Under the pieces are notes generated by a model. That model ran no database searches and was not told the origin of the DNA. It saw only the letters and a program-made list of their open reading frames with translations. Positions 24,831-36,923 of a DNA stretch of 64,000 bases are shown here, piece after piece. Where the stretch lies: contig CM102287.1 in assembly GCA_046563655.1 (NCBI GenBank), forward strand, positions 2,542,001 to 2,606,000, in the 5' to 3' direction. The stretch comes from Yuukianura sp. NJ FZ-2021. Taxonomy: Eukaryota. The position numbers and the translations under genes were made by a program. Every line of letters begins with the position of its first letter. Within the stretch, counting starts at the first letter, position 1.

Positions 24831-26513
24831 ATTCAAAAATTACATTTTCACTTTCGCTGATCTTGTTAAATCTGTAATAACATTAACTTTCTCCCAAATT
24901 TATTTATTTTATGTTAGTACTTTTTAGTGTAATTTTGAATTTTGTCTTTCACTAGGAATCGAAAGTGTCAAATTAAACTAAAATGTAATCAACTTAAAAC
25001 TGTTTGTAAAGCTCTCCAGCGCTGTTCCAGCGACTTAGAAGTTGTTTCCAGCGTTTTCTCCAGCGATTGTACAAATTCCAGCGTGTAACCAAGCCTGAAC
25101 TGCCCTGGAGGAAGAACTGTCAGTAGGAAATGGATGGTTTGTGTGAAGTTTTGGGCTGTGAGGCTTAGGATGTGAATTTTCCCAGGGAATTAGCAAACTC
25201 TTTCCTCAACTTTCACTCTGCAGGATTTCTTGAGTGGAGAGATGGTTGGCAGCATATGGAAAAGTTGTGGATGAGGAAGTGAGGTAATCTGGCCTGGAGG
25301 AGGAGGAGGAGGAGGAGGGAGGAGGATGCCTCCGAATGTCCAGAAGACGGGAGGCTTAATTCCAATTCATTAGTGTCGACAGAGTCTTTTGAGAGAAGGA
25401 GAAAGTTGGAGTGAAAGGAAGATGATTCCAATCTCTCTCGTTCCATTTACTTTCTCTTTTCCAACATACGCAGCATTACATAAGAAACGTATTTGGGTTA
25501 ACACACAATTTCATCTGAGAGTTGCTAAGGATAAAACTCATCTCATCCTTCAAAGTGACACAAACACGGGTATTCTAAAACCCAGAAACGGCAGAAATCT
25601 CGGGGATCATGTTTGTCATAATTTGAATTTTGAATCTTTTCACAAACTTTCAAAATCTCCAAGATGAGGCTAATCAATCTTGCTAAAATTTCAAAAGTTT
25701 GCGAAAAGTGTAAACCGGGCTTAAGTTTTCACTTTAATAACTCCGTGTGAACTAGGCTTAAGCCCAAACTTTTCCACTTCGGTGTGAACCCGGCTTAAGT
25801 TCAGATTTTTTCTCAAACTTAAATTTTCCAAAATACTAAAAATTTCCACTTTTTAGTTTACAAAAACTCCGCAAATGCTCAAAAATTCAGTTTTTGAGCA
25901 TTTCCTTTCACTTTCTGACAAAACTAGAATTTTTTCTAGAGAGAGGAAATTCTGTTTCAGTGAAAGTGGAGAATTTGTGTGCTTAGTTTTAGAAATCTTG
26001 GGAGCGTGAACCCGTTTCGGTGTAGGATTTAAATTGGATTTTGTGGGAAGCTGAAGACGTGGTTGGTCTGCTTTTCGTTTGTTAAGGTTTAATGTCTCTC
26101 TTAAGTGAATCATTAAGGCTTACTATCATGTCCACCGAGAAACAACAACTTTCGTTTAAACGAAAGTCAAGTTGATATCAGTGGAGGAAGCGTCAGACTT
26201 AGTTTGTGGAATGGGTGGAACAAAAAGAAAATGAGTCTTAGACGGGCTTAAGAGAAAGCACTTTGGTTAGTGAAAGTGAAACGACGCTCATGGGTCAAGT
26301 AATTCCCTTCTTCTCATATCGCTTAATGGCCAAGGGCTGCTCCACACCACAAGAATCGCTGAAAAAAGCGCTGGAAAAAATTCTAGAAGCTCGAATTTCA
26401 GCGATTGGGGGAAAAGAGAGCGCTCGTTGTGTTATCAGCGATCGAGTTTCATTTGCGGTCTTTTGCTCTCGTGTCTATCGACGACTTGGTTAAGCACTTT
26501 GGAAAGCGTAACT

Positions 26514-26669
26514 GGATGCTGCCAGCATCCTACAAACTTGTGGTCAGTTCTAGGATGCTGCCAGCATTCTAGAAACATGTGGTCAGTTCTAGGATGCTGC
26601 CAGCATTCTCGAAACTGGCGGTCAGTTTTACGATGCTGCCAGCATTCTAGAAACTAGTGGTCAGTTTTA
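26514..26669. repeat. 39-bp minisatellite, 4 copies
   Basis: Units start at 26514, 26553, 26592 and 26631 (ggatgctgccagcattctagaaacNNgtggtcagttcta). Confidence 0.9.
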
Positions 26670-29600
26670 AGATCCAGCAGCGCCTAGATTTCTAGAATTC
26701 TTAGAATTTTAGAAAATGAAGAAAGCACGAAACTCGTATCTTCTCGAACAGAATTCCGAATGTAATGAACTGAAATTGGACGCTGAATTAGCGCTGCGGC
26801 TGGAATTCAAACTCTGGAGCTGGAAGGCTAGAGAAGTAGGTCGACCGCAAATATCAGACAGTGACATTAAGCGTTGCAGCGATTCTGGACGCTGATCAGC
26901 GATTCTGTGACCTTTAACAAAATGAGACACGAGTGAAACCAGTACACCCCCGGGGGAAAAGCGTACCTGCCTAATACACTTTTAGGAAAAAAGGAGAAAC
27001 CAATTGAGGTCAGAGTTGAAGTGGATTGGAATTGGACGAAGTGAAAGTTGTTTGAACAAATTGAAGTGGAATTTGAAACTACTTAGGAACTCCTGTGTTC
27101 AAACCACTTGAAATAAAAGTTGTACTTTTAAAGTTGTTCACTTTTTAGTTTTCAATTTAAGTCAGAATGAGGGTAATTCAAATGGAAAAGTTCAATTTCG
27201 CATTAAAAATTTAGACTGTTCGTCAGAAATTCGAATTTAGCGGTTTGAATCATCCGAGTACTTTTACTTTTACCGAAGTTTGAAAATTTGAGTGAAACTA
27301 AAAATTTGTTTTTGTTTTGAAATGAACAGTTTAAGTTAGTTTTTCGTTTTGAAGTGAAACAATTTGGAATGTTATGTTTTTTAAGTTTTTTTGTTATGTT
27401 GGATTGAGTGGATTGGAATGGTTTTAAGTTGAGTGTTATGTGAAGGAGGGAAGTAATTGAATTAAGTGCTTCTTGTCCCGTCTGTTTTGTGCTCCTGCTT
27501 TCACTGCTCCTCTATTCATCCACAACTTTCTAATGGAGACTCATATGTTAATGTCAAACCCTCCATCCTACCCTATTTTTCCTCCTCCTCCCTCCTCCGG
27601 AGGAAGTGGAGGAGCTTTATTCCTCCCATGCACAATTTCATCTGTCCAACCTAACTTAATAGAAAGCTCCGTCTTTTCAAACAACCTTCTTCAAAAGAGA
27701 GATTTTGAAAAAGAAAGTCTCAAGACGCGAGTTCAATTGAACAGACGATTTCCAAATTGACGACAACCATTAGATTTTAAACGAGAGAAAGTGAAAAGAA
27801 AACGAGAAAAGTGAAAGTGATGAAACCTTCTTCATTCTCTTTCAAGTGCCGATTTCTTCAATCTCAAAAGTTTCAAAAACAATTTTTTTGATGTCTTGTC
27901 ATTCGTAATTTCAAACTTTCAAAAAACCTTGTTTTTTTCAGTGGTGAAAGTTTCGCTTGTAAATGTTACAAAAGACATTGTTTTGTAGCTTTCAAATTAT
28001 CTAAACCGCGAAATTCATTTGTTCCACTCTCATCCTGCTTCTTTTGTTACAAAAACCTAAGTTTTGTGCTGAAAAGTCTAACTTTAGCCTAACGTAAACC
28101 TAATGTTAGCCTAACTTTAGCCTAAACTTAGTACTATGTCCACTTTAGTCCAAAAACAATAAGGTTTCTTTTACTTTTGTTCAGTAACAGACAGAAGGAC
28201 TTTCACTTTGTTCTTTTTCTTAGTTTTTGGCAAAGGAAATCCATTGAAAAAACAATGGAAATGTGCATTAGGCTTCTGTGATAAGATTCAGCTAAGCTTT
28301 TAGCTTTTGTTCTCCACAAAACTTTTACTTTTAGAACAACTTTCTCTACATTTGAGTTTTACCAGATTTGAGTTTCAACTTAACAAAAAAACCTTACGTT
28401 AGGTTGCACCTTTTCTAAAAGTAAAAGTGTAATGGGAATGATTCATAGGAAAATGCCGACAAGTCACCGCCATTTCCTTGTTATCTTTCTCCAGCAGAAA
28501 AAAGAGTGAAATCTACGTTAGGTTTTACGTTTTTACGTTAGGCTAGAACGTGTTAGGCTATTTTTTTAGCTCGAAAGTTGAAAATGGAGTGAAAGTTTTC
28601 AATTTTGGAGCCTTTCCGCATTTTCTTCTTCTCTTTTTTGTTGGAAAGATGAAGTTGGAGACATCAATTGGTTCTGCCAGAGAAAGAAACCGATTTGGTT
28701 CAAATCAATTCCTTTTAGGTTAGGTTTATGTTAGGCTAAAAGTTAGGTTTTAGGTTGACGTGATGCCAAGACAAGATTCCACCAAAAGTTATAATTCTAC
28801 ACACAAGGAGAAAGTGGAAGGAAAAGACACTTTTCTTTCTCTTTTTTAAAAGAACCCAAATTGAAGTCACGTTTGAGGACGAAGCGTGTTGGATTTTGAC
28901 ATTTTTGAATTCCCGCGTTTCCATAAACTTTGAATTTTTTAGTTCCCGCTTTCTCTTTTGCTTTCACCGAGGGACTTTTTGCTTCCTTTTCAGTGAAAGT
29001 GAAGCTACAGCGCAACCTTTAAAAAAAAACTTTTTTGTAGTGAAAGCAGAGCAATTCCTTTGGGAAAATGTAAAACACTAGGAACACAATGCCCTCAGTT
29101 TTTTAGAACCTCGCGAATGTCGCGTTCGTAGATTTCGAAAACTTTCACGCTTTCAAAATTTTCACGTTTTCGTTTTCTAGTGTTTCAAAATGAAATTTTT
29201 TAAAAACTAAGACCACATTTGTTGTTGTTTGTGTAATTTTTGTTTGAATTTAAGCAAGCCACTTGAGAAAGTAAATTTCAAGCCAAATTCCAGCAGGAAA
29301 AGCGCGTTTTTATGAAAGAAAAAAGAACAGGAAGAAAGGAATTCTGGAAGCAAAAGACTTTTGGCTGTGTGAAATTGAAAGCAACTTCTGAAAAAAATTC
29401 TTTTGGAAAAAAAATTCCAAGTTTTGCTAAAAAATTCCTCTTTCTGTGGAATTCTCATCTTATGAACTTCTGTTGTTGTTGGTGGTTGTGGAAAGTAGTT
29501 TTTTAGTCTTCAAAAGCCTTTTCTTCCTGCTCCTGTCACTTTCCTGTCACATCCAGCTTTTTAACTTTCTAAAAATTCTTAAGGACTAAGGCTAAAACCT

Positions 29601-31156
29601 AACACAAGTCAAAAGTTAAAGTTCAAAATCTGCAACATAACCGTATTCAGACAATTCATAATTCAGAGACTAAACTTCTTGATGAAGTCTTCATGAGAAC
29701 TCCTAATTCAATTTCCGTCACATTTTGAAGAAATTTGTGCCAAAATTTTGAAAAGGGGAAAATTTTGTTGAAGTTGGGAGTTGACTGGATTCGTTTTATG
29801 AGAGTTAATGGAGCAGTGGAGTATTTGAGCAGAAAGGCTTATGATTTGATTCAAAAGAATTAATTTGGTGGTCGTAATTTGAAGTTGACTTGTTCCTTTG
29901 ACAGTGTAGAGTCCAAAGTTGTGGAAGGAGAAAGTGGTGAACGTTATGAATAGAACTTTCCTTTTGGTGAAAACCTAAGATTCATGCATGAGGAAGATCA
30001 AGGAACCAGTCAAATAGAAAGAGAAAGTCATTCAAGGGAAAGCAAAAAGGAGGAAAAGTAATAGAACTACCAATTCAAGCAGATTTTGTAAAGTTTTCGC
30101 CGAATTTCACCCGAGTTTTCGCGACTTTTGCCAAATTTCACCTGAATTTCGTTATATTTTCAATTCATTTTGCCAAATTTCAGCCGAGTTTCTGCAATTT
30201 TCACCAAAGCTCTTCATGTCAGCGATTTTAGCATTTTTCTTGAGATTTTTCCCAAATTTTGTCCGAATTTTGGTAAATTCTTCCTCTATTTGGCGATTTT
30301 CCACGAGGTTCAACTGAGTTTTACTGAAAAATCAGCGGAACTTGAATTAGAGAAAGAAAAAAGTTGGGAAATTGAGATTTTTATTGCAAGAGTGAAATCA
30401 GTTGAGGATTTAAAGTTGAGCGAGATTTGGTTTTTTGGCGCTCTTTCTTCTCCAGACTTTTCTCCAGCCATGAGTTTTGTGAATTTGAGAATGTTGGGCA
30501 CAGACGGACGGAAGAAACGAAGGAAAAATCGGTGGAGAAGAAAGAAAATCGGAGAGGCTGGAATGGCTGAAAGAGAAAGTGTAAAAATCCGTTCAAAAGA
30601 AAAGAGAGGAGTGTGGCGCGTACTTTCTTTTGAATTTCTCCTGACGCAGGAAAGTTTGGAGCAAAGAAGAGGCAGAACAAATAACTTTTTATGCAAGAAA
30701 GATTGGAAAGCGAAAAAGCACTTTGGTCCCTCTCCGCTCAGTTCCATTACAGTAATTGATCAGTGACGGACTTTTTTGTACAAAATTAAATTGTTTCAAA
30801 ATAGAGCATTTTTCGAAATTTGGACATCTTCAAACACAAAATTTTGAAACAAAAATTTCACTTCAAAGCTCAAATCTGGTTCTCTTGGAATTTTATTTTT
30901 TCGCAAGGTATCGTATCGTAAAAATCGTAAACCATAAAAATTTTGGTTTTACCCTAAATTCCACAAAAATTTTAAGAATCGGGTTTAATTTGAACAAAAT
31001 CTCTTTACTCCAGCAAAATTATCGGGAATTTTCATTTCACAATTCAAATCGGGATATGCAATTTTATTTTTTTGGAAGTTCTTGAATTTTTGAAAAACAT
31101 TTTGGTTTTTAGAGTATACTAAGTGTATGGAAATATTTTTGGTGTATAAAAAATTT

Positions 31157-31696
31157 TTAGAAAAACTTGATTGCTGCTGCTGCAAGAAGAGCAGCGATTC
31201 CATTTTGTAGGACAGCGGTGACCTTTGCGTTAGTGTTGTCTCTTCCACCAAAAACAGCAGCCAAGGTCACGACCCAACCGACATTCAATGTCGCCGCTCC
31301 AGATCCAGGAGGAGCACGGTCCATCTTGACCCCCTTCTCTATGATCTCCTTGATCCTTTCATCCGTGCACTTCGTCAAGACGGTGTTTTGTCCAGTCCAC
31401 TTTTTCCCCTTCTCGCAACATTCCTTGATCAGATCTTCAGCAGTCGGCCAAATTTTGCCCAAATACACTTGTCTGCTGTGGAAGGTGAAACCACTGTCCG
31501 GACCTGCTTTCATCTCGGCATTCGTTTTTGCGTAGTCCTCCGGATCTGAGCAACCACTGTTCGCATATCCGAAAGCAATCCTTTCCACGGTGCCTCCACT
31601 GTACTTTGGCCCTGCTCTTTCCGTTTGGCCACTACAGCTGGAAAAGCAGACGACGGCAACAAAACCACTGATCAGCTTCATTCTGCCCACAATCAT
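31157..31696 (-). CDS. Secreted membrane-tethered 4-Cys protein, family subtype B, member 9
   Basis: Start MIVGRMK, signal peptide, GCSDP...IKECC...KCTDERIKE and two C-terminal hydrophobic segments. Confidence 0.8.
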   Translation of the reverse strand: MIVGRMKLISGFVAVVCFSSCSGQTERAGPKYSGGTVERIAFGYANSGCSDPEDYAKTNAEMKAGPDSGFTFHSRQVYLGKIWPTAEDLIKECCEKGKKWTGQNTVLTKCTDERIKEIIEKGVKMDRAPPGSGAATLNVGWVVTLAAVFGGRDNTNAKVTAVLQNGIAALLAAAAIKFF

Positions 31697-32696
31697 CGGA
31701 ACACGCAAGACGAACAGAAACGAGCGTAACCGATCTAGAGACAGAGATCGGCACTTTAGTAGAGAACAACATAAACGAAAGTTACACATTTGTCTTAGCA
31801 GTGTTGTTTGTTACCAAAGTTAATGACAATTAGTCCGTGACCTCTTGACCTCCTCCAGAAATCCAAATTCCACAAGAGCAGTTTTTGAAGAAGACTGCTT
31901 TCTTCCGCGTCCAAACTACAAGTGGTTGAAACTGGCGACATTTTGAGTGAAAATGGTTTCTCAGATTGTTTGTTCTTTAAACAAAAATTTCACTTCAAAG
32001 TTCAACGCGGGTTGTCATGACGTTTTACTTTTATTTTTTTTCGTAAATTCGTAAAAATCGGTAATTATTGTAAAAATTTTGGTTTCTACCCTAAATTCTA
32101 GAAAAATTGGGTTTGCAGCAAGGTAAATAGAATACTACTTGGTAGTGCGAATGGAAAGTTTGTTTGGTTGCCATGTGGAAAAGGAAACCTAAAATAATGA
32201 CGTCACCCGCTGAAAATACCGGAATTCTGCCAATTATTGGTGGTGTCCTATAGAAACCCGTAAGACACATCTTGTTTACATAAATGCCAGGGGGTTCCAA
32301 TTTCACGATTACGGTATTTTTCAGCTGGTGACGTCACAAACAAAAAATTGCGTTGGTTGCTATGGGCGCCATTTGCAGGGGACTGGGTTTGCAGTAAATA
32401 ATTTACTTTAAGTAAATTAATATTATTATTAAGTAAGTTTACTTTATTTAAGTAATAATTTACTTTTAGAGTAAAATTTTAATTTTTAATTAATTTTAAT
32501 TTAAGTAACATTTTAAAATTTAGTAAAATTTAAATCTGATCACTCCAGAAGTGTTGAAAATTTCAATTTTAGAATTCAAATCGAGTTGTAATATTTGAGT
32601 TTTATTTGTTTCGAAAGTTCTTAAGATATTTGAACATTTGTATTTCGGTTTTTAGCGTAATAATGTGTGTAAAAATAATTTTTGTGTATAAGAATT

Positions 32697-33260
32697 TTAG
32701 AAGAAGTTGATTGCTGCTGCTCCAAGGAGACCAGCGATTACAGCGATTCCATTTTGTAGGACAGCGGTGACCTTTGCGTTAGTGTTGTCTCTTCCCCCAA
32801 AAACGGTCGCCAAGGTCACGACCCAGGCGACATTCAATGTCGCCACTAAAGACCCAGCACCGCTTCGGTCCATCTTGACCCCCTTCTCCACAATTTCCTT
32901 GATCCTTTTATCCGTACACTTCCACAAGCTGTTAGTGTTCTCACCCTTTATCCATTTAAAGTCCTTGTCACAACATTCCTTGATCAGATCATCAGCAGTC
33001 GGCATAATTTTCCCCAAATAGTCTGCTCTTGTGAATCTCCCCTTTTCAAAAACACTGTCCGGAGCTGCTTTGAGGGCCTGCCAGCCAGATTCGTGCTCTT
33101 TCGGATTTAGGCAACCAGTATTCCCGGCACCCAAAGCCTCCCTTTCAATGGTGCCTGAAGCGTACTTTGGCAATTCCCTTCCCTTGGTTTGACCTCTGGT
33201 GCTCCCGATGCAGACGACGGCAACAACAGCCACGATCACCTTCATTCTTCCAACAATCAT
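32697..33260 (-). CDS. Tandem paralog of the 31157 gene, member 10
   Basis: Same start motif, IKECC...KCTDKRIKE and a near-identical C-terminus; flanking DNA is also duplicated. Confidence 0.8.
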   Translation of the reverse strand: MIVGRMKVIVAVVAVVCIGSTRGQTKGRELPKYASGTIEREALGAGNTGCLNPKEHESGWQALKAAPDSVFEKGRFTRADYLGKIMPTADDLIKECCDKDFKWIKGENTNSLWKCTDKRIKEIVEKGVKMDRSGAGSLVATLNVAWVVTLATVFGGRDNTNAKVTAVLQNGIAVIAGLLGAAAINFF

Positions 33261-33493
33261 CACAACACGCACCACGAACAGAACGGAGAGTAACCGACAA
33301 GCCGATCTAGAGACAGAGGAACTTTAGTAGACAACGACATAAACGAAATTTAGACATTTGCATTAGCTGTGTTGTTTAGTTACCAAAGTTAATGACGATT
33401 AGTGCCTGACCTCTTGACCTCCTCCACAAACGTAAATTACACAAGAGAAGCTTTTGAAAAAGACCACTTTCTTCCGTGTCCAAACTGCAAGTG

Positions 33494-34055
33494 CACTGTG
33501 GTTGTTTTCTTATTTTTTTGGTTCTCATGGAATCAAATAAATTTTGTAAACAAACTAACTTATCAGCGTATTTTGACCCAAAAATTGACGTACCGATTGA
33601 TTTGTTGCCTCAAAATGCCTCACCCTCTAATGACAAACCCAATGACAATTAACGTACTTGAAGACTTGGTCTTCGACATTTTCTTGCGGAAATCCCCGGA
33701 AAATGCTCAGTTATGACACAAGGCTTATCCAAAGTACATCCAAATTCTTGTTGATTTCCTTGGTTGCAATAATCATAATTTGCGAATTTGTGATTTTGCA
33801 TTCATAACTGAACTTTATATTGAGATTTGGCGTCACCACTTTCGACACGCTAAATCCTTATTTTCAAAAAGGAAACTCGGTGAATTTAAACTATTCTTTG
33901 TCTTTTGTGTCTTTCTGGCCGGTCGTCAATTAAGTAAATGGGTACACTGTTCACTGGTTTATTCTTTCAACCGACTCAGTTGTCAACGGCAACCTTGTGA
34001 TTAAAGTTTGTTACAAAAGACGACCGAACTTTTTGCTTCGAATCCGACCACTGTG
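33494..34055. mobile_element. 562-bp non-autonomous Transib-like DNA transposon
   Basis: Ends CACTGTGGT and (reverse) CACAGTGGT. 5-bp TSD AAGTG at 33489-33493 and 34056-34060. The paralogous empty site has a single AAGTG at 31920-31924. Confidence 0.85.
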
Positions 34056-36810
34056 AAGTGGTTGAAACTGACGACGACAGAATTTTTGAGTGAAAATGGT
34101 TTCTCAAATTGTTTGTTCTTTAAACAAAAAATTACGTCTGAAAATTTGAATTGAGTTATCATGGAATTTTTTTTTTTCGTAAGTTCGTAAGAATCGTAAC
34201 ACGTACAAATTTTGGTTTTATAAACCAAAACCCTGCCAGAATGTGAATTTAAAAGTAAAAACCAACCACATTTCCAAAGTAGAAACTAAAAAATCTGGAG
34301 AAAGTTTTATTTCAAAATGTTTGAGCCGTCCGCAGTTTTAAAAATTTTGGTTCAAACTGTTTGAGGTGTTGGCGGTTTTAAAAATTTTGTTTTAAATTTT
34401 GTGTTCAAACAGCTCGTTCTCACATAAGGTGCCGGAAGAGGTAAAAGTGAAAGTAAAAGTTTGGAGTTGAAATGAGACCGCGGTGGTTCCGTGGTGAAAG
34501 GGGGAGGATATGATATGTGGATGCTTTTAAGCAACTCAAGGATCAACCTTCTCCTAAACTTTTCCAAAAAGACCATAGCGGACTCTAAATTTTTGAAAAG
34601 TTGAGTCAGAACTGCCATGCTACGATGGTGGGGCAATGGAGCCACCACGGTGGGGCCTTTTGCCTATTGACTCAGAGGAATAAAGAGAAGTTAGAAATTA
34701 TGCTGCATAATTAACAGCGTAATCGGAAATCAATACTTCTCTCCTAATTCACTTTCTAACAAACTCCACAAAAACTCTCAGTCTCACTCCACACTTTCAC
34801 CGACTCTCACTTCCTTTAATTTCAAAAAAAAAACTTTTAATTTTCCAAAATTTCAAAATAGGAACTGTGAAGTCGTTTTGGTTTTCAAATTTCAGGTAAG
34901 TCTAAAGCAAATTTTTGTAACACGACAGCTCCCCTGCTCAAAAATTCTGAATTTGAGAATTCGTTCAAGATTTTTTTTGGTGTAAAAGTTTGGTGCAACT
35001 TGAAAATTTTCACTAAAATTCATGCATACACTAAGAAGTGTAAAAATCAGTTTGGACGTTGCTTTCGTGCTAAAAATTGCAATTTTTTTTTGTAATTCCG
35101 TTGAGACTCCTCGTGCAATATTAATTAACGGAGCCAGTAACTAGCTGACGCTCAGTTTGCAAAAAACGGTGGGTTTCAGTCGTAACTTATTGAAACTTCA
35201 GCTTGATTTGAAAGTTTCAATAGCTGGAAGTTCTCGTCAGTTTTTTGTATTTCCATTGAAGATTTGGGAAACTCCTGAAGGTTTTGGAGTTTGGAGTGCG
35301 CAGACTTAGCACAAATTCGGATATTCTTCCCTTGAAAACTTCTGAGTAGAAGAAGAGCGATCCCGGCAGTTCTCACTCTCAGTTTGTTCTCTAAAGCTGT
35401 CTGGAAACGTCACTTTCCAGTAGTGCCAATAGTTCCTAAAATATTCTAAGTACTACAAAAGACTTTCAATAAGTTTTTCCAAAAGTGAAGGATTTTTGAA
35501 AATACAAAATTGGAAATGAAGTTCAAACTCTAGATTGATCAATCGACATTAACTAATAAACGACTTTCTCTAATTCGTGTTCCAGAGTAAAAATCTCATT
35601 CGGCTTAGAGCCGTGGCGGCCGAAAAATCGTCGTAAACTTCAGAAAGGTGTGACAATAGCCGCCGTTTGCAAGAATTACACGAAATTGCTGTTAGATTTT
35701 GCTTAATTTGTAAGCTACAAAACCAGTCTCAGGCATCACTCTTCATTTTAAAAAAAATCTTGAAACAAAACCACTATTGTCCATTGTCCTTAAAAATTTT
35801 ATGGAACTTTTGTACTCCAATTTTTGGTTTGAGACTCACGCGGGAAAGTAATTCAAAACTTTACTTACTTCCATTTTGTTTTGTTTACTTCCATTCTTTG
35901 TTCTTTCCTTCTTGTTTTTCAAAATTTTCATCAAAATATTCAAAAAATCGTTTTACTCTTTCAGAATAATTTTTTTCGAAGCTAAAAATCCTGAAATCTT
36001 TTTGCAAAAACGAACAAAGTTGCTGTTTCTCTAACGCCCTCATTTCATAAATTTTGATCTCTCTTTTATCAGATTCTGTGACACTCCAAATTCAATTTGA
36101 AATCCATTTAAAACCCATCATCCAACAGATATTTTTTGAATACTTCCAACATCATCAGGTAAGTTCAAATACAGAGTGAAAGTTTAACATAGTGTTCAAA
36201 TTTAGCATAATGTTAAAATTTTAGTATTCAACTGAATGTATCCTGTGACTAGCTGTTATTCCTAAACGAAAAGTATGAAATAGAAATGTGAGAGGCTGAT
36301 TTGGTTCATCTTGTCCCAAAATCTCATCATGTTCTTTCTATTTTCCAGATCCAAGAGAATCCATTTCTCCGGCAGAGAAAGCGGGAGAAAGCGAAGTCTT
36401 AGAAGCCTTTCCAATTCTAATATAAAATTATGTTCATCTGCCACACTTTCAGAGTTTCAGAAAAGGAAATTGGACTAACTGAGAACTGCTGAGCCCATCT
36501 ACAACTTTGGTGTCATTTTCCCTAATAAGACGTCTCTCCAGCCTCTCTTTCAAGTCTTCCGGGAATAACCGAGAAATGTGACACTTTGGCAGTCCAAAAG
36601 AAGAACAAAGTCCAAGATATCCACAAATTCTGGACGAGAAGCAAAAATTTCAGAAATTTCACCAATTCAGACGCCAAATTTCTGGACCAGAAAGAAGAGT
36701 TTCAGAAATTTCACAAATTCAGAAGTTGAAGTTCCAGAAATTGTAGTCCAGAAAGAAGAATTTCAGAATTGAAAAGTCGAAACTCCAGCAATTCTGCAGC
36801 AGCCAACAGA

Positions 36811-36875
36811 AGAAATTCAGAAATTTCAGAAATTTCAGAAATTTCAGAAATTTCAGAAATTTCAGAAATTCAGAA
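36811..36875. repeat. 9-bp tandem repeat (aatttcaga)n just upstream of the Toll ATG
   Basis: About 7 units read directly from the sequence. Confidence 0.85.
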
Positions 36876-36923
36876 AAATGTTGGTGTCGTTGGAAAATCT
36901 AAATTGAACATAACAGTTCAATC

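Noticed and set aside
26514..26669. Regular palindromic repeats resembling a CRISPR array
   Set aside because: The units are contiguous tandem copies without unique spacers, the context is eukaryotic, and there are no cas genes.
30170..30766. 198-aa ORF and overlapping antisense ORFs
   Set aside because: Non-ATG start, low-complexity F/K/R composition typical of AT-rich intergenic DNA, and no motifs.
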